DNA of 64,000 bases, taken from positions 832,001-896,000 of the forward strand of contig CAVVXN010000005.1 of assembly GCA_963752285.1 (NCBI GenBank), written 5' to 3'. The translations under genes were made by a program, and so were the position numbers. This DNA comes from an uncultured Planctomycetota bacterium. GTDB lineage: Bacteria > Planctomycetota > PLA2 > JAEUHO01. Shown one piece after another: positions 10,434 to 19,186 of the stretch (the first letter of the stretch is position 1; every line of letters starts with the position of its first letter). The notes under the pieces are model-generated. The model was not told the DNA's origin, did no database searches, and saw only the letters and a list, made by a program, of their open reading frames with translations.

Positions 10434-11381
10434 ATGCTCGGAGAGCGGGGCCGGCGGCTCGATGGATCGTCCGCGGCGCTCCCCGCGTGGCTCGCGCTCG
10501 TCCGCGCGCCGCTCGCGCCCACCGCCGCGCTCGACGCCGCCGCGTGCCTGGGCCTCGCCCTCTCGGGCGCCGGGCGTGCGCCGGGCTCGGTCGGGTTCGT
10601 CGGGTGGGCGCTCCTCGTCCTGACGGCCGTGCTCGTCTACGCCTTCGGCATGGCGCTGAACGACCTCGTGGACCGCGACCGCGACCGCGTGCTCGCCCCC
10701 GACCGACCGCTGCCGTCCGGCCGGATCCACCCGGGTCGGGCGACCGCCCTGGTCGTGGCCCTCGCGGTCGCGGCCCTCGCGATCGGCGGAGGACCGGCGG
10801 GATCGCGGCTCGCCGTGGCGGTTGCGCTGGCCGCCGCCGCGCTCTACGACCTCGTGCCCCGGAACGCCCTCGGCCTCGGCGCGGCGGCGCTGGGACTGGC
10901 GCGCTTCGCGAACGCCGCGGTCGCCGTGACGCCCCTCGTCCTGGACGGACGGGCTCCCCTCCTCGTCGGGATCGGGCCGCTCGCGGTCGGCCTCTACGCG
11001 GCGGCCGTCACGGTCTGGAGCACGACCGAGGACGTGGACCGCCCGGCGCGCCGGCTCACGAGCCGCGCCCTGGCGCTCGCCGCGTTCGTCCTGGCGGGGC
11101 TCGGGCCGTGGCTCGTGGTCGGCCACCCGACCCTCGGCCTCGTCGTCGCCGCGGGGGCCGTCTCGAGCCTCGCCTTCGCGCGAACGCCCCGCGCGGGCCC
11201 GCCGAAGCGCCAGGTGCTCGAGATGCTCCTGGGCCTCTACTTCCTCGGCGGCTCGATCGCCTCGGGCACCGACGGCGGCTCGCTCGTCGCCGGCGCGGCG
11301 TCGATCGCGCTGGCGTTCGCCCTCATCTTCCTGAGCCAGGTGTCGATCCGGGCGCTCGCGCGCGCTCGTCGGGCGGTGTGA
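10434..11381 (+). CDS. UbiA family prenyltransferase
   Basis: GMALNDLVDRDRD..RPLPSGRI motif; multiple TM helices. Confidence 0.87.
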   Translation: MLGERGRRLDGSSAALPAWLALVRAPLAPTAALDAAACLGLALSGAGRAPGSVGFVGWALLVLTAVLVYAFGMALNDLVDRDRDRVLAPDRPLPSGRIHPGRATALVVALAVAALAIGGGPAGSRLAVAVALAAAALYDLVPRNALGLGAAALGLARFANAAVAVTPLVLDGRAPLLVGIGPLAVGLYAAAVTVWSTTEDVDRPARRLTSRALALAAFVLAGLGPWLVVGHPTLGLVVAAGAVSSLAFARTPRAGPPKRQVLEMLLGLYFLGGSIASGTDGGSLVAGAASIALAFALIFLSQVSIRALARARRAV

Positions 11382-12669
11382 TCTCCTCGAGCACGCGCGC
11401 CCGGAGCTCTTTGAAGCGCGACGTGTCCCGAATGGGGTCGAGGTCGCGGTCCTCGTCGAGCCAGCCGAGGTCGCTCCACCGCGCGTCCACCGCCTTCTCG
11501 AGGTGCCACAGCGAGCGCGCCCGGTACTGCATCTTCGTCGCGTCGCTCTTCTGGACCTCGCCCCACTGGGCGTACGCGCACGCGAGGTTGTAGTGCGTCA
11601 TCGCCCCGCTCCCGTCGGGGTCGGGCCACTGGAGCAGGTCCTCGTAGAGGCCGATCGCCTCCCGGTACCGGCCCACCCGCAGGAGGACCGCGGGGTACAG
11701 CGTCTCCGACGCCTGCGTCTTCCAGCTGTGCCCGAGGCGGTACAGGAAGTCCTCGAGCCGGTCGTCGTAGTCGTCCGGCCAGATGCGGTACGCCGCGACG
11801 ATCAGGTCGGCGTAGCGCCCCACGCCGTACGTGAACTCGATCCAGTCCCGGTCGGACTGGGTGCTGATGGACCGGTAGAGGCTGTGCTCGGTCTCGTCGT
11901 GGACGCGACGCAGCAACGCGTCGAGCTCGGCCTTCGCCTCGAGGTCGTCGGGACGCGCGACCTCGATGAGGGCGTTCGCCGCCATGTCCTGGATCTCGCC
12001 GATGTCCCAGGTGAAGCGCGGCGGACGGACGAACTCGAACGGGCCCGCGCGGACCACGCCCGGCTCGGCGCGCGCGCGGTCCACGAGCATGTCGAGCACC
12101 ATCTCGAGCGCGGCCTCGCGGTACGGGAGCAGGATCGCGAACTGGCCCCGATACGTCCCCGTGCTGCCGGTGCTCGACTTGCGCGAGAGGAAGAGCCGTT
12201 CGACCTCCGCGCGGTCCAGCATGGCGAGGAGGCGTCGCTCGCGGGCCGTCGGCTCGCGTGCGGACTCCGCGGCCGCGCGAAGCGTCTCGCGCGCGATCCG
12301 CGAGGCCGTCTCGTCGCGAACGACGCTCCGCGCGATCGAGAGCGCGAGCTCGTCGCTCGCCGCGTCCAGGTGCGCGAGGAGCGCCTGCACCGCCTCGGGT
12401 GAGCCGTCCTCGGCGAGCACGCGGGCGATCTCGGCCTGCACCTCGGGCGCCGCGTTCGTCAGGCCTTCGACGAGCCGTGCGCGCGCGTCCGGGAGGAGTG
12501 CCAGCAGCCGCGCGCGGGCGGCCGCGCGCTCGCGCTCCGCCGGCGAGGACAGCGCCTCGATCGACGATCCGACCTCGTCGGCGGCGCGGGCCCGCGCCGC
12601 CGGCCCCGCCAGGAGCAGGAGCACGACCGGGACGAGGAGCGCGGCCGGGAGGACGGGACGGCGAGGCAC
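11323..12669 (-). CDS. Exported HEAT/TPR repeat protein
   Basis: Signal peptide; C-terminal HYNLACAYA...LEKAVDARWSDLGWLDEDRDLDPIR TPR-type end; overlaps the convergent ubiA-family 3' end by 59 nt. Confidence 0.75.
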   Translation of the reverse strand: MPRRPVLPAALLVPVVLLLLAGPAARARAADEVGSSIEALSSPAERERAAARARLLALLPDARARLVEGLTNAAPEVQAEIARVLAEDGSPEAVQALLAHLDAASDELALSIARSVVRDETASRIARETLRAAAESAREPTARERRLLAMLDRAEVERLFLSRKSSTGSTGTYRGQFAILLPYREAALEMVLDMLVDRARAEPGVVRAGPFEFVRPPRFTWDIGEIQDMAANALIEVARPDDLEAKAELDALLRRVHDETEHSLYRSISTQSDRDWIEFTYGVGRYADLIVAAYRIWPDDYDDRLEDFLYRLGHSWKTQASETLYPAVLLRVGRYREAIGLYEDLLQWPDPDGSGAMTHYNLACAYAQWGEVQKSDATKMQYRARSLWHLEKAVDARWSDLGWLDEDRDLDPIRDTSRFKELRARVLEEITPPDERARAPGSTPGSGR

Positions 12670-12801
12670 GAGGGGATGCTACCCGTCCCGGGATGGGCCG
12701 CGCCGCCCCCGGGCCGCGCTCCGCCCCGCCGCCCCGGGGCCGGACGGAGCGCCTCCGCGCGGCGGGGTTCATGTCGCCGGCCGATCCGGTCGAAGCAGGA
12801 G

Positions 12802-13197
12802 GTGGAAGGTTCCCTGCCCGAACCGGCCGTGGTCCCGGTCCCCGGAGGCTCCCCGATCGGTCCCCCCGCTTCCCTCGACGCGCGACTGGAAGCCGAGCTG
12901 AGACGCGGCGCGGTGCAGCTCGTCACGATGGTCTTCCTCTCGACCCCGCGGTACGGCTACGACCTCGTACGCCAGCTCTCGACCTCCGGGTTCGACGTCG
13001 AGGAGGGGACCCTCTACCCGATCCTCAGGCGTCTCGAGCAGCAGGGCCTGCTCGACGCGACCTGGAACACCGACGGCGCGCGCCCGCGCAAGTACTACCA
13101 GCTGTCCGATGAGGGGCGCCGGCGGCTGGCCGACATGATCGAGACCTGGCGCCGCGTACGGGACGCCACCGACGCCGCCGTGGAGGGTGCGGGATGA
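12802..13197 (+). CDS. PadR family transcriptional regulator (start uncertain)
   Basis: ELRRG..YGYDLVRQL..EEGTLYPILRRLEQQGLL..RPRKYYQLSDEG. Confidence 0.92.
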   Translation: MEGSLPEPAVVPVPGGSPIGPPASLDARLEAELRRGAVQLVTMVFLSTPRYGYDLVRQLSTSGFDVEEGTLYPILRRLEQQGLLDATWNTDGARPRKYYQLSDEGRRRLADMIETWRRVRDATDAAVEGAG

Positions 13198-14156
13198 CGA
13201 CCAAGGCCCCGCGCAAGTCGGAGTACCTCGAACGCCTCCGGGATCTGCTCCCCTACCGGGACGGCTCGCGAATCGTCGAGGAGGTGGACGGTCTCATCGA
13301 GGACCGCATCGAGGCCGAACGCGAGGGCGGCGCGACGTCGGAAGACGACGCCGAACGCCGCGCCCTCGACGCCCTCGGGCCGGCCGAGCACCTCGCCGCC
13401 GAGCTCGTCACGCCGCCGATCACCGTGGACCTCGCGACGCGGCGCACCTTCACGCGCCTGCTCGCGATCACGTTCGCCGTCCACCTCCTGCTCTCGATCG
13501 TGCTGACGGTGGCGGGCACGGGCGGCGCGGCGATCCCGGGCCTCCTCGGACCGCTGCCGCGCGAGCCCTTCGCCGCGCTCGTGACGAGTGCGCTCTCGAT
13601 CTTCCTCGTGGACACGGGCGGCCTGTTCCTCGTCTTCGCGCTGCTCGGCCGCGGCAAGGCGCCCCGTCACCTCCCCGTGCCGCGCCTGCGCGTCGCAACG
13701 AGCCGCCGGGACGCGGTCACGGCCCTCGTGCTCCTCGGCCTCGTCGTGCTGATCCTCCACCCGTTCCGGGACCACGTGTTCGCGGTGCGGGACGGCGAGC
13801 GCATGGTGCCGATCCTCGCCCCGGACCTCGTCTCCCTGATGCCGTTCGTGGACGTGGCCCTCGGCCTGCTGGCCGCCCGCCAGCTGGCGATCCTCCTCGC
13901 CGGGGCCGAGCGTGTCACGGGCGTGCTGGCCGACGCGCTGGCGTCGATCGCCCTCGCCGCCGTGCTGCTGCTCGCTGCGACACGGGGCGAGCTCGTTCGG
14001 TTCCCCGAGGTCTCCCTGGGGCACCGCGGCGCGCTCCTCCTCTCCGACCTCACGACGCGCGTGCTGCTCTTGGTGTTCGTGGGCGCCGCGCTCTTCCTCA
14101 CGGTGCGCTTCGTGAAGCGCTGCCTGCGACTACGCCAGATCCTCGCGTCCGCCTGA
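13194..14156 (+). CDS. PadR-associated membrane protein (HAAS-like N-terminus)
   Basis: YLERLRDLL..IVEEVDGLIED..ALDALGPAEHLA N-terminus followed by about 6 TM helices; ATGA overlap with padR. Confidence 0.75.
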   Translation: MTTKAPRKSEYLERLRDLLPYRDGSRIVEEVDGLIEDRIEAEREGGATSEDDAERRALDALGPAEHLAAELVTPPITVDLATRRTFTRLLAITFAVHLLLSIVLTVAGTGGAAIPGLLGPLPREPFAALVTSALSIFLVDTGGLFLVFALLGRGKAPRHLPVPRLRVATSRRDAVTALVLLGLVVLILHPFRDHVFAVRDGERMVPILAPDLVSLMPFVDVALGLLAARQLAILLAGAERVTGVLADALASIALAAVLLLAATRGELVRFPEVSLGHRGALLLSDLTTRVLLLVFVGAALFLTVRFVKRCLRLRQILASA

Positions 14157-14435
14157 GCGCCGTCGCCGGCCGATCGCGTCGGGTCGGACATTCCTCCGCT
14201 GGGCGCACGAGGCGCGCCTCGTCGGCCCGGCCACGATCGGGCGCCTGCTCGCGCGCCGACCGGCGGGCCCGGTCACGCTGCGCCAGAGCGTCCCTCTTCC
14301 GGGCCCCACGCGCGGTCCGGTCGCTCCGTGCCGGGAGGCGGTCCCCTCCCGCCCGCGGGATTCCGTTCTACGAACCCGGGTGGATGGTGCGATTCTGGTG
14401 GACGAAGGGCAGTCCCAGGCACGAGGGGTCGTGGT

Positions 14436-14708
14436 ATGCGGCAGAGAGGCACCTCTGGCGTCGCGGTTCTGGGCATCGCCTTCGTGATCGCAGTTCTCGC
14501 GGCCGCGGCTTGGATGGTGTACCGCCCCCGCTGGGAGTACCGGGTCGTGACGTTCAGCGACAGCGCCTGGGGGTCCGGCAACGGACGCCAGGGGAGCCCG
14601 GACGAGCTCGGGCGCGAAGGCTGGGAGATCGTCTCTGCCCGTCGCGCGCGTGGCGACTTCGACTTGATGGGCTACGAGTGCATCCTTCGGCGACGGGTGT
14701 TCCCGTAG
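14436..14708 (+). CDS. Small membrane-anchored DUF4177-like protein
   Basis: TM helix, then WEYRVV...ELGREGWEIVS...ILRR pattern typical of DUF4177. Confidence 0.7.
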   Translation: MRQRGTSGVAVLGIAFVIAVLAAAAWMVYRPRWEYRVVTFSDSAWGSGNGRQGSPDELGREGWEIVSARRARGDFDLMGYECILRRRVFP

Positions 14709-15034
14709 CCCGCCGCAAAGATCGAGGACTGCTGCGGGCGGGTCCGCGACACGGCGAGCGCCGAGCCGCCGCGCGCGTGGACGGGCGTTCGTTCCCGCTG
14801 GACCCGATCCCCTGGGAGCCACCGGCGCGATTCCTCCGGGATCCCGACGTCGAGATCCTCGAGGAAGACCGCCCGCCGAGCGCGGAGTGACCCGCCGCTC
14901 GTGCGATCTCGTTCGTGCGGCGCTGGCGGACGGCTACTCCCAGGGACCGTACCGGAACGGTCGGTGCCACGCACGCCGCCGCGCCAAGCGCCTCGACAGG
15001 CCGGATTCGTGCGGCCTGAACGTGGATCAGAAAC

Positions 15035-15051
15035 AGCCCGTCACGCGGGCT
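15035..15051 (-). promoter_or_regulatory. Candidate bacterial SECIS hairpin (could also act as a terminator)
   Basis: Minus strand AGCCCG-CGTGA-CGGGCT: perfect 6-bp stem with a GU-containing loop beginning 19 nt after the in-frame UGA at 15065-15067. Confidence 0.55.
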
Positions 15052-15913
15052 TGCGCTTGACGCGTCACCCCACCGGCTTCGTGTCGTTCGCGTTCGTCGG
15101 GAGGTTCTTCCCGGACCGCACGGCCTGGATCGCGTCGCGCAGGTAGTCCTTGCGCTCCGCGCCCTTGAGCTCGTCCTGCGGGTCGTTGTCCACGGCGCCG
15201 CGGTAGCGGAGGTGGTGGTCGGCGTCCAGGAGGAAGAGGTGCGGCGTGTTCGTGGCGCCGAAGAGATCGGAGACCTTCTGGTCGGGGTCCATCACGACCT
15301 TCCAGCGGTAGCCCGTGAGGTCCTCGTAGTCCGTGACGTGTCCGGGCTTGTCCGGGTAGTCGCCGGCCACGGCGAGCAGGCGCACGCCGGTGTCGCCGAG
15401 GATCGACTGGACGCGCTCGTCGTACACGCCCTTGCACATCGGGCAGCGGGGCGACCAGACCATCACGAGGATCGGCGCCTTCGCCGCGCCTTCGATCCAC
15501 GTGGCGAGGTCGCGGAGCGTCTTCGCCCCGTCGCGTGTCTCGTCACCGGGCACCAGACCGAAGCCCTGGCCGACGCGGGCGACGAAGTCGGCTCGGAGGT
15601 CCGAATCGAGCTCCCCGTCCGACTGCAGGCCCGGGAGGGCGTCGATCGCGGTGTCGAGCGTCACCGGCTTCCCGTCCGCCTTCGCGCGGGCCGCCTCGAG
15701 CACCCAGGACTCGGCCTTCGGAGCGGTGATCTCGAGGTCGGAGAGCGAGACGTTCCTCCCGTCCACGCCAGGACCCGAGAAGCCCTGGACCAGGTCCCCG
15801 ATCGCGTAGGGCCCACTCGCCTCGGCGGCGCCGCCGGATCGGGCGGCGAGGGCCAGGGCGAACGCGGCGGCGGGCACCAGGAGCCAGGCGAGACGGAGCG
15901 GGGCAGCGCGCAT
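15041..15913 (-). CDS. Exported redoxin/AhpC-TSA-like thioredoxin-fold protein, probable selenoprotein (TGA 15065-15067 read as Sec; ends at 15065 if not)
   Basis: Signal peptide; CPMC motif; GATNTPHLFLLD..LRYRGAVDN; C-terminus TKPVG-TGA-RVKRKPA-stop, where this family normally has GCxxK. Confidence 0.85.
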
Positions 15914-16014
15914 ACGGGTCCTCCTCAGGCGACGACCCCCGATGGTACGGGCCGCGGAGAGGGGCTCACTTCGAAGTCCAAAGCCCCGTGTTCATACCGC
16001 CGGAGCGACCCGGG

Positions 16015-17211
16015 TCAGGCGTCGGCCTGGAGGAGGAGGCCGGAGAGGTAGCGGCCCTCCGGGGCCGCCAGGAGCACGGGGTGGTCGGGTCCGGCGGACA
16101 GCTCCCGGAGCACGCGGAGGGGGCGGCGACACTCGCGCGCCGCGGAGGCGACCATCTCCGCGAGCCGAGACGCACCCAATGCGTGGGTGCACGAGAAGGT
16201 CGCCAGCAGGCCGTGCGGAGCGAGCCGGGTGAGCGCCTGCACGGTCAGGTCGCGCCACATCTTCGTCCCGGCCGCCGTGCGGGTCCGTCGCGGCAGGAGG
16301 TTCGGCGGGTCGAGCACGATCACGTCGAACACGCGATCCTCGTCCTTCAGCGCGCGGAGCGCCACGCGCACGTCCTCCACGCGGGTGGCCATCCGCGCGT
16401 CCACGCCGTTTCGCGCGGCGTTGTGGAGCGCGGTCTCGGCCTGGCGGGCCGACGACTCGACGAGGAGCGCCGATCGCGCGCCGGACCGGAGCGCCTGGAG
16501 CGAGAACCCGCCCGTACCCGCGAAGAGGTCCAGCACGTCGCGGCCCTTCGCGAGCGCGGCGACGACCCGTCGGTTCTCCCGCTGGTCGGCGTAGTGCCCG
16601 GTCTTCTGACCGTGGCGTGGGTCGATCTCGAGCTCCATGCCCTCCTCGCGTGCGATGACGCGCTCCGGCGCGGGCTCGCCCGCCTCGAAGGAGACGTCGG
16701 TCTCGAGGATCCCTTCCTCCGCCTCGAAGCCCCCCGCGCGCGCCACGAGCGAGCGCGCGCCCGACGACGAGAGGAGCAGGTCGGACAGCGCTCCGCGGCG
16801 CCGGTGCATCGCGGCCGTCGCGAACACCGCGACCAGGACGTCGCCCGCGCGGTCCACCACGAGCCCCGGCAGCCCGTCTCCCTCGGCGTGCACCAGACGG
16901 TAGGCGTTCGTCTCTGCGGGATCGGGAAACAGGGCGCGGCGCAGCGCGACGGCCCGCTCGACCCGATCTCGGAGCACGTCGAGCACGGGCGCGGCGCCCA
17001 GCGTCCGGTCGAAGAGGCGCACGCGGATCGCCGAGCCGCCCGAGAAGAAGCCGCGCCCGATCTCGCGGCCCTCGGCGTCGGCGACACGCACCACGTCCGG
17101 CTCGTCCGCGAGGGGGACGCCGTGGACCTCGGCGACGGACGACGCGTGGACCCAGGGGTGACCCGCCCACAGCGGACGAGCCCGGCCCTTCTGGACGACC
17201 ACGGTGCGCAT
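16015..17211 (-). CDS. rlmI: RlmI/RlmK-like class I SAM-dependent rRNA m5C methyltransferase
   Basis: GHPWV PUA domain, EGDGLPGLVVD, GQKTGHYADQRENR, VLDLFAGTGGF, LDPP, TFSC and DHPV...PEGRYL motifs. Confidence 0.88.
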   Translation of the reverse strand: MRTVVVQKGRARPLWAGHPWVHASSVAEVHGVPLADEPDVVRVADAEGREIGRGFFSGGSAIRVRLFDRTLGAAPVLDVLRDRVERAVALRRALFPDPAETNAYRLVHAEGDGLPGLVVDRAGDVLVAVFATAAMHRRRGALSDLLLSSSGARSLVARAGGFEAEEGILETDVSFEAGEPAPERVIAREEGMELEIDPRHGQKTGHYADQRENRRVVAALAKGRDVLDLFAGTGGFSLQALRSGARSALLVESSARQAETALHNAARNGVDARMATRVEDVRVALRALKDEDRVFDVIVLDPPNLLPRRTRTAAGTKMWRDLTVQALTRLAPHGLLATFSCTHALGASRLAEMVASAARECRRPLRVLRELSAGPDHPVLLAAPEGRYLSGLLLQADA

Positions 17212-17255
17212 CGGGCCCAGCATGACACCGGCGGCGTCCGAAGGCTCCCCGCGCG

Positions 17256-17732
17256 TCAGCGCATCGCGTCGCGCATGCGGCGCCGGTCGTCCTTCTCGCG
17301 CTCGCGCGCCCGGTGGTCGGCTTTGCGGCGGCCCTGGGCGAGCGCGAGCTCCACCTTCACCCGGACGCCCTTGAAGTAGAGCGACAGCGGGATCATCGTC
17401 GTGCCTGCCGCCTCGAGGCCCTCCTCGATCGTCCTCAGCTCGCGGCGGTGGACCAGGCACTTGCGGGGGCGGTCGGGCTCGTGGCCGAAGCTCGCGGCCT
17501 GCGAGAGCGGAGGGATGTGCACCCCGTGGAGCCAGAGCTCGTCGTCGCGCAGGCGCGCATAGCCCTCGCGGATCGTGGCCCCGTTCTGTCGGAGCGAGCG
17601 CACCTCGCTGCCCTGGAGCACGAGGCCGGCCTCGACCTTGCCGAGCAGCAGGTAGTCGTGCCGCGCCCGGCGGTTCGTCGCCAGGACGCGACGACCGCCC
17701 TTCTCGTCGGACGCGGGGCTCGACTTCGTCAT
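17256..17732 (-). CDS. smpB: SsrA-binding protein SmpB
   Basis: NRRARHDY..EAGLVLQGSEVRSLR, HEPDRPRKCLVHRREL, PLSLYFK..KVELALAQGRRKADHR. Confidence 0.96.
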   Translation of the reverse strand: MTKSSPASDEKGGRRVLATNRRARHDYLLLGKVEAGLVLQGSEVRSLRQNGATIREGYARLRDDELWLHGVHIPPLSQAASFGHEPDRPRKCLVHRRELRTIEEGLEAAGTTMIPLSLYFKGVRVKVELALAQGRRKADHRAREREKDDRRRMRDAMR

Positions 17733-17755
17733 CGGCGTATCCTACGGGGCCCGAC

Positions 17756-18967
17756 ATGACCGCCCCCCGCCCGACGTCGATCGCTTCCGGGCCCCACCGA
17801 CGCGCGGCGGTCCGGGGGGGAGCCGGCGACCCGCGGTGGGCACCGCCCGTCCGCGCGCCCCGGCGTCCGTCCTCGACGGCGGGCTTGGGCACGGCGCTCG
17901 TGGCCCTCGCGCTGGCCGCCTGCCAGGGCGCCGGAGGCGGCGCGGCGGACGCGGCGCCGGCGCCGTGGCGTCCCGCGCCCCGCCTCGTGGGCGCACGACT
18001 TTTGGACTTCGCGGGCGTGTCGCCCGAGGCGCGCGGCTGGTCCCAGGTGGACGGCCTCTTCTGGGTACCGCGCGAGGAGGCCGGCTCCTGGGGACGCGGA
18101 CTCGTCCTCGTGAACGACGCGTGGACGCCGGCCGGCGAGGCACCGGCCCTCGCCACGTCGGCCGCGGACGGCTACCTGGTCCGCACGGACCACGTGAGCC
18201 TCCGCACGAACGCGCGCTGGCGGACGGGCGCCTCCCTCGCGCGCGCCGCCGAAGACCACGTGCGGCGCGTCTTCGCCGCCTGGGGCGACGCGCTCGACCT
18301 CCGGTTCCCGGACGGGCCGCTGCCTGTCGTCGTCCACGCGCGCCGCGCCGAGCTCGTTCGGGCTCTCGCGGGCGCCCTGCCGGAAGGTCCCGCGTACGGG
18401 GCGTTCTACGACGCACGCACCGGCGTGGTCCACGTGTGCGTCGAACCCGCGCCCGAGGGCGCGTTGCCCGTCGTGGCCGACCTCCGGCACGAGCTGACGC
18501 ATCAGATCCTCGATCTCTCGAGCCGGAGGTCGGGACTCGCCACGCCGCCCCCCCATCACCTCTGGCTCTGGGAGGGGTTCGCCGTGGCGAGCGAGACGCT
18601 CGGCGACACGGCCGGCGAGGACGCGGGCGGGCTCCGCCGGGCGCGGCTGTCGCTTCGCGCCCGCCGCGGCGAGCTCGAGCCCCTCTCGCGGCTCTTCCGC
18701 CTCGCTCCCGCCGAGTTCGAAGGCCGTCACTACGACGAGGCCGGCGCGCTCGTCTCCTTCCTCCTCGCGGACGGCGTGCCGGGCGGTCGGCGCGCGGTGC
18801 TCGACACGCTCGCCGACCTGCTCGCGGGACACGCGACCGCCGGCGACTTCGTGGGCCGCCTGGGCACCGCCCCCGCCGAGCTCGAGCGCCGCTGGCGCGC
18901 GAGCGGGACGACGGGCGCGCCACTCGCCACGGGTTCGCCCGCGGGGGGTGCGGAGGGGCGCGGCTGA
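17756..18967 (+). CDS. Putative lipoprotein with HExxH zinc-peptidase (DUF1570-like) domain; start uncertain
   Basis: Lipobox LAAC; LRHELTHQ...WLWEGFA gluzincin-like motif. Confidence 0.7.
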   Translation: MTAPRPTSIASGPHRRAAVRGGAGDPRWAPPVRAPRRPSSTAGLGTALVALALAACQGAGGGAADAAPAPWRPAPRLVGARLLDFAGVSPEARGWSQVDGLFWVPREEAGSWGRGLVLVNDAWTPAGEAPALATSAADGYLVRTDHVSLRTNARWRTGASLARAAEDHVRRVFAAWGDALDLRFPDGPLPVVVHARRAELVRALAGALPEGPAYGAFYDARTGVVHVCVEPAPEGALPVVADLRHELTHQILDLSSRRSGLATPPPHHLWLWEGFAVASETLGDTAGEDAGGLRRARLSLRARRGELEPLSRLFRLAPAEFEGRHYDEAGALVSFLLADGVPGGRRAVLDTLADLLAGHATAGDFVGRLGTAPAELERRWRASGTTGAPLATGSPAGGAEGRG

Positions 18968-18969
18968 CA

Positions 18970-19167
18970 GGCTCCGGCGCTGCGCGGGGATCGCGGGGAG
19001 GGCGGGCGCGGGCGTGGGGGGCGGGCTCCCCCGCTGCGCGGGGATCGCGGGGGCGCGGCGGGCGGGCTCCCCCGCTGCGCGGGGATCGCGCGGGCGCCGC
19101 GGGCGGGCTCCCCCGCTGCGCGGGGATCGCGGGGGCGCCGCGGGCGGGCTCCCCCGCTGCGCGGGGA
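18970..19167. repeat. 41-bp-period palindromic tandem repeat (4 copies plus 1 degenerate)
   Basis: Core GCGGGCTCCCCCGCTGCGCGGGGA(TCGCG) at 19021, 19062, 19103 and 19144, degenerate copy at about 18970; 12-nt near-identical linkers. Confidence 0.9.
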
Positions 19168-19186
19168 CGGGGGGACGCGGAGCGTA

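Noticed and set aside
12676..12801. N-terminal extensions given by the ORF track (padR, purM, rlmI, ygiQ, dapB, SLC13, cytochrome c and others)
   Set aside because: The extensions are low-complexity and overlap neighbouring genes or promoters; starts were trimmed to where family similarity, overlaps or -10/RBS signals begin
14710..14890. Possible gene remnant (VDGRSFPLDPIPWEPPARFLRDPDVEILEED*)
   Set aside because: The composition is protein-like, but there is no clear RBS or recognisable family, so it cannot be supported without a search
18970..19167. Functional CRISPR array
   Set aside because: The linkers are only 12 nt and almost identical, there is no leader, and no cas genes are in the window; kept as a repeat
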